Part shown: in pieces, positions 1 through 9,162 of the stretch
Position numbering within the stretch: position 1 is the stretch's first letter
Layout: each line of letters opens with the position of its first letter
Source: Candidatus Eiseniibacteriota bacterium
Lineage (GTDB): Bacteria > Eisenbacteria > RBG-16-71-46
Assembly (NCBI GenBank): GCA_963744995.1
Contig: CAVUWA010000002.1
Location: forward strand, 128,001-192,000
DNA: 64,000 nucleotides
Direction of reading: 5' to 3'
Translations under genes and position numbers: made by a program
Notes under the pieces: generated by a model
Told to the model about the DNA's origin: nothing
Seen by the model: only the letters and a program-made list of their open reading frames with translations
Databases searched by the model: none

Positions 1-2
1 AT

Positions 3-1163
3 CTGAAGGACGAGTTCCTGGCGACCGTGTCGCACGAACTGCGCAATCCCCTCGCTCCGATCCTGACCTGGACCCAGCTGCTCAGAGGCGGGACGCTGGA
101 TGAGGAGAAATCCAGGCGCGCGCTCGAAGTCATCGAGCGCAACGTTCTGTCCCAGGCCCAGCTGATCGACGATCTCCTCGACGTGTCGCGGGTGGTGTCC
201 GGGAAGTTCCGTCTGGATGTGAGGCCCGTGGACCTGCTGCCCCTGATCAAGGGCGCCGTCGAATCACAGATCCCCGCCAGCGATGCCAAGCAGATCCGCC
301 TGCGTCTCGTGCTCGACGAGCGGGCGGGGCTGATTTCAGGCGATTCGGAACGACTGTCACAGGTCATGTGGAACCTGATTTCCAACGCCATCAAGTTCAC
401 GCCCAAGGGCGGGCGCGTGCAGGTCGTCCTGCAACGGGCGGAGTCGCACGTGGAGGTCTCGGTCAGCGACAGCGGCATCGGTATCGCGCCGGAGTTCCTG
501 CCGCACGTCTTCGAGCCGTTTCGGCAGGGCGTCGACGGGTCGATGCGACGCCATGGTGGCCTGGGCCTCGGGCTCTCGATCGTCCGGCACATCGTCGAAC
601 TGCACGGCGGCGAGATCAGCGCGTTCAGCGATGGCCCGAACCTCGGTTCGAGATTCACCGTCAAGTTTCCGCTGCTGGCCACGATTACGAAAGACAACGA
701 GCCTGCGCGACGACACCCCATTGCCGGTGACTCGCTCGGGGATCACCAGCTGGGACGCCTGGACGGCGTGCGCGTGCTGATCGTGGAAGACGAGGCAAGC
801 GCCAGGGAGTCGCTCCTGGAGTTGTTCACCGCCAGCGGCGCCGAGGTTCGGGGCGCCGGCTCGGCCGCCGAGGCAATGGGCGTCTTCGAAACCTGGCCGC
901 CGAACGTGCTGGTCTCGGACATCGCGATGCCGGATGAAGACGGCTACTCGCTGATCCGGAGGATCCGGATGCGCCCCACCCGGCGGGGAGGCGACGTTCC
1001 TGCACTGGCGCTGACCGCCTACGCCAAGATCGAAGACCGCGTGACGATCCTGGCCGCCGGATTCCAGATGTATCTCTCGAAGCCGGCGAATCCCAACGAG
1101 CTGATCGCGGTCGTGAGAAGCCTGGCCAGGCGTCGGGACCACGAGGACGGCGCGGCTCCGTAG
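3..1163 (+). CDS. Hybrid sensor histidine kinase/response regulator (5' end outside window)
   Basis: H-box KDEFLATVSHELRNPL, N-box NLISNAIKF, G-boxes DSGIG and GLGLGL; C-terminal receiver domain (IVEDE, SDIAMPDEDG, SKP). Confidence 0.95.
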   Translation: MKDEFLATVSHELRNPLAPILTWTQLLRGGTLDEEKSRRALEVIERNVLSQAQLIDDLLDVSRVVSGKFRLDVRPVDLLPLIKGAVESQIPASDAKQIRLRLVLDERAGLISGDSERLSQVMWNLISNAIKFTPKGGRVQVVLQRAESHVEVSVSDSGIGIAPEFLPHVFEPFRQGVDGSMRRHGGLGLGLSIVRHIVELHGGEISAFSDGPNLGSRFTVKFPLLATITKDNEPARRHPIAGDSLGDHQLGRLDGVRVLIVEDEASARESLLELFTASGAEVRGAGSAAEAMGVFETWPPNVLVSDIAMPDEDGYSLIRRIRMRPTRRGGDVPALALTAYAKIEDRVTILAAGFQMYLSKPANPNELIAVVRSLARRRDHEDGAAP

Positions 1164-1420
1164 CAACGGCACCCGGCCGAGGCGCATGCAGGCCGCGTCC
1201 AGGGAACCCGTCGGAAGGCGGCGCGGCCGCGCGGTCGCGCGGTCGCGCGAACCCGTGCCGGGACCGGTCACCGCACTGCCCGTGCGCTTGAACATCCGGC
1301 CGCCGTTTGAACTTCCTTCCTGCGCGCGCGTTTCGCGCACGCATCCCCTCGAGCGCTCCACGCAGGCTCACCCCGCGCCGTACCAACGATCTAGAACGAC
1401 ATCCGACCCATTTCATTCGC

Positions 1421-1435
1421 TGGCACCATTCGTGC
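1421..1435 (+). promoter_or_regulatory. Putative sigma-54 promoter
   Basis: TGGCACCATTCGTGC = GG-N10-GC, ~120 bp upstream of an OM beta-barrel gene. Confidence 0.65.
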
Positions 1436-1552
1436 GCTTTGAACGGCACGAAAGAGCACGAAGGCGCGGTCGGCCGGAACGCTTCGAACACCTTCCATCA
1501 GGCGCAAGCCACGCACTGGTGAAAGTCCATGATGGACCCAAAGGAGTCACAT

Positions 1553-2125
1553 ATGACCCACACCAGTTGCCGCGCATACACGTTCACGCGGATCGCGGGA
1601 GTCATCATGCTCGCCGCCCTCGCCACCTCGACCCCGGGCATCGCGCGGGCGGTCGAGATCATTCCTTCGCTCGGCGTCACCAAGTCCACCGACACGAACG
1701 CCGGCGATGCGAAGGCCTTCGGGGGGCTCGCGGTTCGCGCCGCGCTGCTCCCGTTCCTGAAGGCGGAAGGCGGCATCGGGTATCGGCAGGACTCGTTCGC
1801 CAACGACGACGTCAAGGTGCGCCAGTGGCCGATGACGGCTTCACTGTGGCTCTCACCGCTCCCCATGCTCTACGCGGGCGGCGGCTTCGGCTGGTACCGG
1901 ACGACGCTCGACTATCGCGACAGCCTGCCCTTCGACGATTCGACGTCGTTGAAGACCGGCGTTCATCTGGGCGGCGGACTCAACGTCCCGATCGCCCCGC
2001 GCCTCGGTCTCGACCTGAACGGACGCTACATCTTCATGCAGAAGGGTGACGAGAATGCCCAGCTGCCGACCACCTTCGACCCTGATTTCTGGACCACTTC
2101 GCTCGGGCTCGCGATCCGCTTCTAG
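1553..2125 (+). CDS. Outer-membrane beta-barrel (porin/OmpA-TM-like) protein
   Basis: AAGGAG RBS, signal peptide ending ARA, alternating beta strands (YAGGGFG, GVHLGGG), C-terminal Phe. Confidence 0.8.
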   Translation: MTHTSCRAYTFTRIAGVIMLAALATSTPGIARAVEIIPSLGVTKSTDTNAGDAKAFGGLAVRAALLPFLKAEGGIGYRQDSFANDDVKVRQWPMTASLWLSPLPMLYAGGGFGWYRTTLDYRDSLPFDDSTSLKTGVHLGGGLNVPIAPRLGLDLNGRYIFMQKGDENAQLPTTFDPDFWTTSLGLAIRF

Positions 2126-2284
2126 CGCATGCCGTCGAGAAGGAGCACACGTCGTCACCAGGAACGTGGCACCGCACGACCAGACCCCTGGCCGTGCGGT
2201 AGCGCCGCTTGCGGCCGAACGGCCTCGATGGGGTTGCGGCCGCGAAGGGATTTCATCCGGACTCGAGTCCGGAGGAGGTATCCA

Positions 2285-2434
2285 ATGCTCTGGGGAATCG
2301 TCGTCCTGCTGATCATCCTCTGGCTGCTCGGGATGATCACGTCCTACACGATGGGCGGACTCGTTCACCTTCTGCTCGTCATCGCCATCATCGTCGTGGT
2401 GGTCAGACTCCTTCAGGGGCGCAGGGTGCTGTGA
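2285..2434 (+). CDS. Small membrane protein, lmo0937/DUF5670-like
   Basis: GGAGG RBS; MLWGIVVLLIILWLLG...GGLVHLLLVIAIIVVVVRLLQGRR pattern. Confidence 0.85.
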   Translation: MLWGIVVLLIILWLLGMITSYTMGGLVHLLLVIAIIVVVVRLLQGRRVL

Positions 2435-2463
2435 CCAGCGCCGCGATGGAAGGGGACTTCAAC

Positions 2464-2679
2464 ATGAAGGTCATGGGATCGATCTTCGTGCTCGCCGGGA
2501 TCCTCACACTCCTGTACGGGGGTCTGAGCTATGGCCGCCAGGAGACGATGATGAACATGGGCTCGTTCCACGGCGCGGCGACGGCGCAGCACACGGTTCC
2601 GGTCGCGCCCATTGTCGGGGGGCTCGCCCTGGTGGGCGGCCTCGTGCTCCTCCTGGTGCCGCGCCGGCAGCAGGACTGA
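2464..2679 (+). CDS. Small two-TM membrane protein, DUF3185-like
   Basis: MKVMG..LAGILTLLYGGLSY...PVAPIVGGLALVGG; paralog of 11029..11244. Confidence 0.75.
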   Translation: MKVMGSIFVLAGILTLLYGGLSYGRQETMMNMGSFHGAATAQHTVPVAPIVGGLALVGGLVLLLVPRRQQD

Positions 2680-2775
2680 ACGGGGCCGGCGCCGGGTGCG
2701 AGGTTCACGCGTCGCGGCCGTCCATTCGTCCCGCGAAGCCGACATGCTCGGAACCGGGGGATGGAGGAACGTGAA

Positions 2776-3246
2776 ATGAAGACGACGCGAGCGATACAGC
2801 TCACGCACGTTTTGCTCAGGGTCGTCGCGGGCGTGCTGATCGCGCAGCATGGAGGACAGAAGCTGTTCGGATGGCTCGGGGGAGTCGACGGCGCAGGGGC
2901 CGCGGTGGCGCCGATGTCGCAGATGGGGCTCGCCGGCGCCCTCGAGTTCTTTGGCGGCATTGCGATCGTGCTCGGCCTGTTCACCCGGCCCGTCGCGTTC
3001 GTGCTCTCCGGAGAACTGGCGGTGGCCTACTTCCAGGCGCACCAGGCGCACGGTGCGTGGCCCATTCAGAACCATGGCGAGGTCGCGGTCCTCTACTCGT
3101 TCATCTTCCTGTCTCTTGCGGCGCGCGGTGCCGGGCGCTGGAGTCTCGACGCCATGCGTCACCGCGACCCTGGCGCCGAGCCGAACTCGATGCCCTCAGG
3201 ACGCACCGCTGCAGCGGGATCGGCGTCTCTCCGATCGGGCGCGTGA
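2776..3246 (+). CDS. DoxX family membrane protein
   Basis: LLRVVAG..HGGQKLFG, EFFGG..LGLFTRPVAF, GAGRWSLD motifs. Confidence 0.9.
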   Translation: MKTTRAIQLTHVLLRVVAGVLIAQHGGQKLFGWLGGVDGAGAAVAPMSQMGLAGALEFFGGIAIVLGLFTRPVAFVLSGELAVAYFQAHQAHGAWPIQNHGEVAVLYSFIFLSLAARGAGRWSLDAMRHRDPGAEPNSMPSGRTAAAGSASLRSGA

Positions 3247-3635
3247 GCCTCACGGGTCACCGTGTACCTGCCGGGCGGCACGTTCAGACGCTCCAGCACC
3301 GCGCGGAGGCAGTGCAGGTAGAACCACACGCCCGGGCTGCATCCCGGCCCCACCGAATCGATGTCCCTGAACGCCGAGCGCACCGCATCGCAGGTGGCGG
3401 CGGTGGCGTCCGCGGCGTTCCCCAGCGAGCTGAGCGCCGTTGCATAGAGGCGGTCACGGTAGCGCGCCACCAGCGCATCGAAAGCCACGAAGTCGCCGCC
3501 CTGGGCGCGCGACACGAGAGTCTCGTCGTCGAGGACGCCGTAGCCGAGGGTGCGCATCGAATGCCACATGCCGGCGAGCCAACCCTCCTGCGTTCTGATC
3601 AGGCTCCAGAGGTGACTGTCTGCTCGAAACGCCAT
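3159..3635 (-). CDS. ECF sigma region-2-like small protein, lacking region 4
   Basis: DETLVSRAQGGDFVAFDALVARYRDRLYATAL..LGN.ADA resembles an ECF sigma N-terminus; GAGGGGAGG RBS; convergent overlap with doxX. Confidence 0.65.
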   Translation of the reverse strand: MAFRADSHLWSLIRTQEGWLAGMWHSMRTLGYGVLDDETLVSRAQGGDFVAFDALVARYRDRLYATALSSLGNAADATAATCDAVRSAFRDIDSVGPGCSPGVWFYLHCLRAVLERLNVPPGRYTVTREAHAPDRRDADPAAAVRPEGIEFGSAPGSR

Positions 3636-3701
3636 GCTTCGCCTCCCCTCTTCATCGTCCGCGTCGGACCCAGGAGTGAATGGGTTTGCGGATGGGGGAG
3701 G

Positions 3702-3716
3702 GCACGATCCATGCCA
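3702..3716 (-). promoter_or_regulatory. Putative sigma-54 promoter for the sigma2-like ORF
   Basis: Minus strand TGGCATGGATCGTGC = GG-N10-GC; the plus strand here also reads GGCACGATCCATGC. Confidence 0.55.
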
Positions 3717-3770
3717 CCGATAAGCGCTTGTCCGCAGCCCCGCGCGACGCGATTTCGCCGCTTGCGGAAC

Positions 3771-3837
3771 GGTCACGGGTTCAATCACGCGGAAGGAATT
3801 ACAACCCGCACGAGGTCGCGCATCGTCGCGTCGCGCC
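3771..3837 (+). repeat. Duplicated upstream element, copy 1
   Basis: GGTCACGG.TTCAA...GGAAGGAATTACAACCCG...CGAGG; 18-bp core identical to 9182..9199. Confidence 0.8.
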
Positions 3838-3886
3838 AAGTCCATGCTGTCGCACGGCACGCCACGCTTCGGTCGGCGCCGCGATG

Positions 3887-3901
3887 CGGCACGGGGATTG
3901 C
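3887..3901 (+). promoter_or_regulatory. Putative sigma-54 promoter of the ompA-like gene
   Basis: CGGCACGGGGATTGC, near-consensus GG-N10-GC, 60 bp before the ATG. Confidence 0.75.
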
Positions 3902-3960
3902 GGCCCCTGAAGGATTCCGGGCCTGAACTCCCGGCCCACTCGGATCGGAGGGTCTCGATA

Positions 3961-5385
3961 ATGCGCATACGCATGTGGCTTCCGTTGATCGTCCTTGCCT
4001 CACTGGTTTCAAGCGCCGCAGCGGCGTCGGACTTTCAGGAAAAACCATTCAACGTGGTCCCGTTCGGCGGTTGGACATTCTTCGACAGGGAACTCAAAGC
4101 GGACACCGGGCTCAACCTGGACGACGATCTCTACCTCGGCGGCCGCATCGGTGTGCGACTGCTGTCGCCGATCTGGCTCGACCTCGCAGGCGGGTACACC
4201 CCCACCAAGGCGAACGGCGTCGATGCGACGTGGACCCACCTGTCGGCCAACCTGCTGCTTGTTTCCTCCAGGCCCATGGCGATCAGCCCGTTCGTTTCGC
4301 TGGGCGGAGGCATCTCCAAATTCGTCCCTCGATGGAGTCCGGATGAGACGGACGGCACGTTCGAGGCCGCGGCCGGCGTGAAGGTGAAGATCACGGACGC
4401 GCTCGGACTGCGGCTCGAAGCACGCAACGTGCTGCTCGTCCCCAAGGATCACTACGACAAGTCTCACATCGACAACATCGTCGCCGGCGCCGGGCTGGTG
4501 TTCGCCTTCGGCGGCAGACAGGCGGATGGCGATGGTGATGGTGTGCCCGACAGGGTGGACAAGTGCCCGGGCACGACGAGCGGATGCACGGTGGACGCCA
4601 GTGGCTGCCCGATCGATTCGGACGGCGATGGCGTGTGCGACGGGCTGGATCAGTGTTCCAACACGCCGCACGGCGCGACCGTCGACGCGAAGGGTTGCCC
4701 GATCGACAGTGACGGCGATCACGTCTGGGACGGCCTCGACCAGTGCCCTGATACGCCTGGGGGCTGCGCCGTGGACGCGGCCGGTTGTCCGATCGACTCG
4801 GATGGCGACGGTGTGTGCGACGCCCTCGACGGCTGCGCGGACACCCCGCAGGGCTGCACCGTGGACGCAAAGGGCTGCCCGACCGACTCGGACGGCGATG
4901 GTGTATGCGACGGGCTCGACAAGTGTCCGAACACGCCGTCGGGCACCCAGGTGGATTCGGACGGCTGCCCGCCGAGTGAAGTCCGCATGCGCGAGACCGA
5001 ACTGCTCGACACCGGCATGATCCGGCTGAATGACGTGAACTTCGAAACCGCGAAGGCCGACATCCTGCCCGAGTCACGCAAGGCGCTCGACGTCGTGGGC
5101 GAGGTACTGAGCAAGTGGCCGCAGCTGAAGATCGAGGTCGGGGGTCACTGTGATTCGCGCGGCAGCGACTCGTACAACCTCACGCTCAGCCGTCAGAGAG
5201 TGGCTTCGGTGCGCGCCTATCTGCTCGAGCACTTCCCGAAGCTCGAGGCCGCGCAGCTCACGGCCAAGGGCTACGGCGAATCACAGCCGCTGGTGCCGAA
5301 TACCAGCCCGGAGAACATGGCGAAGAACCGCCGGGTCGAGTTCAAGGTGCTCAACAAAGCGGTTCTCAAGCAGATCAAGCCGTGA
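3961..5385 (+). CDS. OmpA family protein: N-terminal beta-barrel, thrombospondin type-3-like Ca-binding repeats, OmpA C-terminal domain
   Basis: GGAGG RBS, signal peptide, DSDGDGVCDGLDxC repeats, VNFETAKA / GHCDSRGSDSYNLTLS / NRRVEF. Confidence 0.93.
   Translation: MRIRMWLPLIVLASLVSSAAAASDFQEKPFNVVPFGGWTFFDRELKADTGLNLDDDLYLGGRIGVRLLSPIWLDLAGGYTPTKANGVDATWTHLSANLLLVSSRPMAISPFVSLGGGISKFVPRWSPDETDGTFEAAAGVKVKITDALGLRLEARNVLLVPKDHYDKSHIDNIVAGAGLVFAFGGRQADGDGDGVPDRVDKCPGTTSGCTVDASGCPIDSDGDGVCDGLDQCSNTPHGATVDAKGCPIDSDGDHVWDGLDQCPDTPGGCAVDAAGCPIDSDGDGVCDALDGCADTPQGCTVDAKGCPTDSDGDGVCDGLDKCPNTPSGTQVDSDGCPPSEVRMRETELLDTGMIRLNDVNFETAKADILPESRKALDVVGEVLSKWPQLKIEVGGHCDSRGSDSYNLTLSRQRVASVRAYLLEHFPKLEAAQLTAKGYGESQPLVPNTSPENMAKNRRVEFKVLNKAVLKQIKP
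4525..4974 (+). repeat. Five 90-bp (30-aa) intragenic tandem repeats, TSP3-like
   Basis: Five units of DxDGDxVxDxxDxCxxTxxGxxVDxxGCP. Confidence 0.9.
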
Positions 5386-5557
5386 ACTGCGCGCCGGCGG
5401 ATGGCGTGGCGGTAGCGCCCGTGGGGCGCACCGCAACCATCCGCCGGCGCCAGCACCGGCGGACTCGCACGATTCTGGGTGTCCGCGCGGCGGCCCCGTC
5501 CCGGCGGGCGTCGCACGGGGACCATCTGGACTCGAACACCAGACAAGGAGACAGACC

Positions 5558-5755
5558 ATGGCACAGCAAGGCAGCGGCGGAAGCCCGGTAAACGTGGTGG
5601 CCATCGTGGCCGTCCTGGTTCTGGTCGGACTGGCGGCCTGGTTCTTCATGGGACAGCGGTCCCAAAAGACCGCGCCGGCGCCGGCGAACAGCGAACAGAG
5701 TTCGGACGTTCACGTGAAGATTGACCTGCCCGACACGGTGACGATCACACCCTGA
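5558..5755 (+). CDS. Small single-TM protein
   Basis: AAGGAG RBS; hydrophobic VVAIVAVLVLVGLAAWFF; stop 2 bp before the ldt start. Confidence 0.7.
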   Translation: MAQQGSGGSPVNVVAIVAVLVLVGLAAWFFMGQRSQKTAPAPANSEQSSDVHVKIDLPDTVTITP

Positions 5756-5757
5756 TC

Positions 5758-7467
5758 GTGAACTTGCGCCACCTCTGGAATTCGACGGTCGGTCGGCTCG
5801 TTCCGTGCTGCGTTCTCATGGCGCTGGGCACGGGGATGCTCGCCGGGGCGGGGTGTGCCCGCGCAGCGCCTGCGGACATCGCTTCGCCCATGAGGAATCT
5901 GGTTCAGTCCGGCAGCCATCCCGACCTGCACTGGCCCGCGTTTCCCGGCTTTCGTCTGGAGGTGGAACGGCTTTACGAACGCGCCGATTGGGGTCCGCTC
6001 TGGTTGCGTGGCACCCGTCCCACGGAGGCTGCCCGCGCGCTGATCGCGCGGCTGGCAGCCTCCGACAGCCTCGGCCTGGATCCTGCCGACTACGACGCGG
6101 CGTGGCTCGAGCGCGAGTCCCGCACGCTTCGCGGACGGGATCGACCGCCGGCTGATGCGCTCGCGCGGTTCGATGTGGGGCTTTCGGTGGCCGCCGTGCG
6201 GTTCGTCTCCGCGCTCCATCGCGGGCGCGTGAGCCCGAGCGTGGTGCATGCCCAGCTCTTCATCCCGCGCTCCTTCCTGGCGGTGGAGATGGCCGTGGAT
6301 TCACTGCGCGACACCGGCAGGCAGCAGTCGATCCTGGAGCGCGTGCAACCACGCCTGCATCACTACCAGTTGCTCAAGAACGGTCTCGCCCGCTATCGGA
6401 TTCTGGCGCGTGACACGACCCTCGTGCCGCTGCCGGCGCTGCCACGGGTGGTCAAGCCCGGCATGCCGCTTCGCGCGGCCTCACGCCTGCGGCACCTGCT
6501 CGAGGCGACGGGAGATCTCGATCACGCGGCGCCCGGGGGCCCGGCAGTGGAGTCGCTCTACACCGCCGACCTCGTGGCGGCGGTGAGACGGTTCCAGGTC
6601 CGTCAGGGGCTCGAGCCGGACGGCGTCATCGGTCCCGCCACGGCCGCGCAGCTCGATCGTCCGTTCGCCGGACGGGTGCGACAGATCGTCCTGGCGCTGG
6701 AGCGCTTCCGCTGGCTGCCGCCTTCGTTTGCGGAGCCGCCCATCATCGTCAACATCCCGGGCTTCCGGCTCTATGCGTTTCGCGGGGCCAGCGATGCCGA
6801 GGACCAGATGCTCGCCATGGACGTCGTGGTGGGGGGTGCGCTCGACAAGAGCACACCCGTGTTCGCCGCGGACATGAAGTACCTGATCTTTCGTCCCTAC
6901 TGGGAGGTCCCCGTCAGCATCATGCTGAAGGAACTGGGTCCGAAGGCGTTGAGTGATCCGGGCTATCTCGAGCGCGAGCGTATGGTGCTCGTGAGCGGGA
7001 ATTCGGACGGGGCGACGGAGCTGCCCGCGACCCGCGGGAACCTCGAGCAGATCGGCAGAGACCTCCGTATTCGCCAGCTCCCGGGACCGGAGAATGCGCT
7101 GGGCCTGCTGAAGTTCATTCTGCCGAACGCGCACGACGTGTACCTGCATGACACGCCCTCCAAGGGTCTGTTCGCCAGCGCGCGCCGCGACTTGAGCCAC
7201 GGCTGCATCCGGCTCGGCGACCCGGTCGCGCTTGCCGCCCACGTCCTGCGCGACCAGCCCGAATGGACGGTCGAGCGCATCCGCGCGGCGATGACCGACG
7301 GTGACGACAACCACAGGGTCAACCTCACCCGGCCGATTCCGGTCTGCATCGTGTACGCCACGGCCTTCGCGCGCGAGGACGGCAGCGTCTACTTCTACCC
7401 GGACATCTACAGCCTGGACGACGAGCTGGACCGCCTGCTTCGCAAAGGCTACCCATATCCGCAGTGA
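5758..7467 (+). CDS. ldtD: L,D-transpeptidase, YcbB/LdtD-like, with peptidoglycan-binding domain
   Basis: AVRRFQVRQGLEPDGVIGPAT PG-binding motif; VNIPGFRL; VYLHDTP...LSHGCIRL catalytic His/Cys. Confidence 0.92.
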   Translation: MNLRHLWNSTVGRLVPCCVLMALGTGMLAGAGCARAAPADIASPMRNLVQSGSHPDLHWPAFPGFRLEVERLYERADWGPLWLRGTRPTEAARALIARLAASDSLGLDPADYDAAWLERESRTLRGRDRPPADALARFDVGLSVAAVRFVSALHRGRVSPSVVHAQLFIPRSFLAVEMAVDSLRDTGRQQSILERVQPRLHHYQLLKNGLARYRILARDTTLVPLPALPRVVKPGMPLRAASRLRHLLEATGDLDHAAPGGPAVESLYTADLVAAVRRFQVRQGLEPDGVIGPATAAQLDRPFAGRVRQIVLALERFRWLPPSFAEPPIIVNIPGFRLYAFRGASDAEDQMLAMDVVVGGALDKSTPVFAADMKYLIFRPYWEVPVSIMLKELGPKALSDPGYLERERMVLVSGNSDGATELPATRGNLEQIGRDLRIRQLPGPENALGLLKFILPNAHDVYLHDTPSKGLFASARRDLSHGCIRLGDPVALAAHVLRDQPEWTVERIRAAMTDGDDNHRVNLTRPIPVCIVYATAFAREDGSVYFYPDIYSLDDELDRLLRKGYPYPQ

Positions 7468-7617
7468 GTCGGCCCCGCGGCTGTGCGACTCGATCCCGCG
7501 CCGTTCCGCGCACACTTCGCTCGCGCTGCCGGTTCCCCTGCGCTCCGGGGCTCCTGGCGGGGACGTCAGGTCGCTGCCCGAACGCCTCTTGCAGGGTTTG
7601 CGCCGAATTCACCCCCG

Positions 7618-7632
7618 GGGCATGCGGGTTGC
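7618..7632 (+). promoter_or_regulatory. Putative sigma-54 promoter
   Basis: GGGCATGCGGGTTGC = GG-N10-GC upstream of the M15 peptidase. Confidence 0.55.
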
Positions 7633-7790
7633 CGTAGGGTGCGGCCGATACCTGAACCAGGGAATCGGGGTCACCGCTTCCCTGGAAGGTCCACCACTCA
7701 CCCGTCGGTTCGCGCTGGCCGCACCTCCGGATCCCAACCCCCCCTTCGTTGGGCCAGATGCATCACGGGCCATCGGGCCCGTGAAACGGG

Positions 7791-8768
7791 ATGGGGTCGC
7801 ACGGGTCTGACATCCACACCCTGCACGCCGGGAGAGCCTTCTTGGACCACGTTCGCCGAATCGCCGCGCTGGCCTGCGCGTCGCTCACGCTGATTGCGGC
7901 TTCGCCTCAACCCCCGGCGGGCCCGGGCGAATCCGCGGCTGCCGCGCAGCCTCCGAACCATGATGGTGACTCGCGGGCTCCGCTCCAGGATCTGCTCGGG
8001 TCGAGCGGCAATCTGCGCGCCCTGATCGCGACGCCGGACTCGCTGGCCCGCAGCCGCGTCCTGCGGCCGCTTCTCGCCGGGATCCCTGTGGAAGCGCCCG
8101 GAATCCACACCCTGGCAGTGACCGCCCCGAACGGGGATTCACTGGTGGTCGTATCGCTGAAGCCGCTCGGGCCCTTGAAGAGTGCGCGAATCGGGAATTA
8201 TCACGTCGGACACTGGCCCGCGGGCGGCGTCGCGGGGCGATCCGCAGCCTACGCGCCCCCCGCGGGCTTCATTCCGGTGACGCCCGAGAACCAGACCACC
8301 CTCGTCTCGAAACACTTTCTCCTGCGTGACTTCCTGACGCACGACCAGTCGCAGGTGTGGCCCAAGGTTCTGGTCCTGCGCGTGCCGCTGGTGGACAAGC
8401 TCGAGCTGATCAGCGCGGAACTGGAGCGTCGCGGGCTGCCCGGCAAGCTGCATGTCATGTCGGGTTTCCGGACGCCGCAGTACAACGCGCAGGGAGTGGG
8501 CGCAAAGGGCGGCCGCGCCGGAGCAAGCCGTCACATGTACGGCGATGCGGCCGACGTCTTCGTGGACGCGGATGACGACGGTGTGATGGACGACCTCGAC
8601 GGCGATGGACGGATCACCGTCAACGACGCGCGGGTGCTTCTCGGCGTCGCCGCAGGCGTCGAGGCCCTTCATCCCGATCTGGTCGGTGGACTCTCGGCCT
8701 ACCCGGCGAATTCCGCGCACGGGCCGTTCGTCCACGTCGACGCCCGGGGGTTTCGCGCCCGCTGGTGA
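7791..8768 (+). CDS. Peptidase M15 family (YcbK/MepK-like) Zn metallopeptidase; start may be TTG 7842
   Basis: SGFRTPQYN, SRHMYGDAAD, FVHVDARG; acidic EF-hand-like insert DADDDGVMDDLDGDG. Confidence 0.85.
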   Translation: MGSHGSDIHTLHAGRAFLDHVRRIAALACASLTLIAASPQPPAGPGESAAAAQPPNHDGDSRAPLQDLLGSSGNLRALIATPDSLARSRVLRPLLAGIPVEAPGIHTLAVTAPNGDSLVVVSLKPLGPLKSARIGNYHVGHWPAGGVAGRSAAYAPPAGFIPVTPENQTTLVSKHFLLRDFLTHDQSQVWPKVLVLRVPLVDKLELISAELERRGLPGKLHVMSGFRTPQYNAQGVGAKGGRAGASRHMYGDAADVFVDADDDGVMDDLDGDGRITVNDARVLLGVAAGVEALHPDLVGGLSAYPANSAHGPFVHVDARGFRARW

Positions 8769-8842
8769 GCCCCGGGCGCGTGAGCCGGTCGGGGAATGGC
8801 GCTGCGTGCCCGGCGCCGCCGGAGCCCGGGCGCGACCTCTGC

Positions 8843-8857
8843 TGGCATGGTTCCTGC
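8843..8857 (+). promoter_or_regulatory. Putative sigma-54 promoter
   Basis: TGGCATGGTTCCTGC = GG-N10-GC, ~77 bp before the ATG at 8934. Confidence 0.65.
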
Positions 8858-8933
8858 GGCTGGCATCTCCGCCCCGGGCCTCGCGACGGCGTCCCTGCCC
8901 TCGATCGGCCGGCACCGCGCACACGGAGGACTC

Positions 8934-9128
8934 ATGCCACTGATCACCGTCGTCATCACTCTGATCGTCGTCGGGGTGCTGCTCTGGCTCATCAACACGT
9001 ACATCCCGATGGACTCGAAGATCAAGAGCCTGCTCAACATCGTCGTCGTCATCGGCGTCGTGCTCTGGCTGCTGAGCGTGTTCGGCGTGATCGGCAACCT
9101 CTCCAGCATCCGGATCGGGCGGGGCTAG
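8934..9128 (+). CDS. Small two-TM membrane protein, Thivi_2564-like
   Basis: GGAGG RBS; MPLITVVITLIVVGVLLWLINTYIPMDSKIKSLLNIVVVI. Confidence 0.85.
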   Translation: MPLITVVITLIVVGVLLWLINTYIPMDSKIKSLLNIVVVIGVVLWLLSVFGVIGNLSSIRIGRG

Positions 9129-9162
9129 CGCCGGCAGCGATCTGCCCGCGACGAATCAGGCG

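Noticed and set aside
4525..4974. Regularly spaced repeats as a possible CRISPR array
   Set aside because: In-frame degenerate 90-bp coding repeats with no unique spacers and no cas genes.
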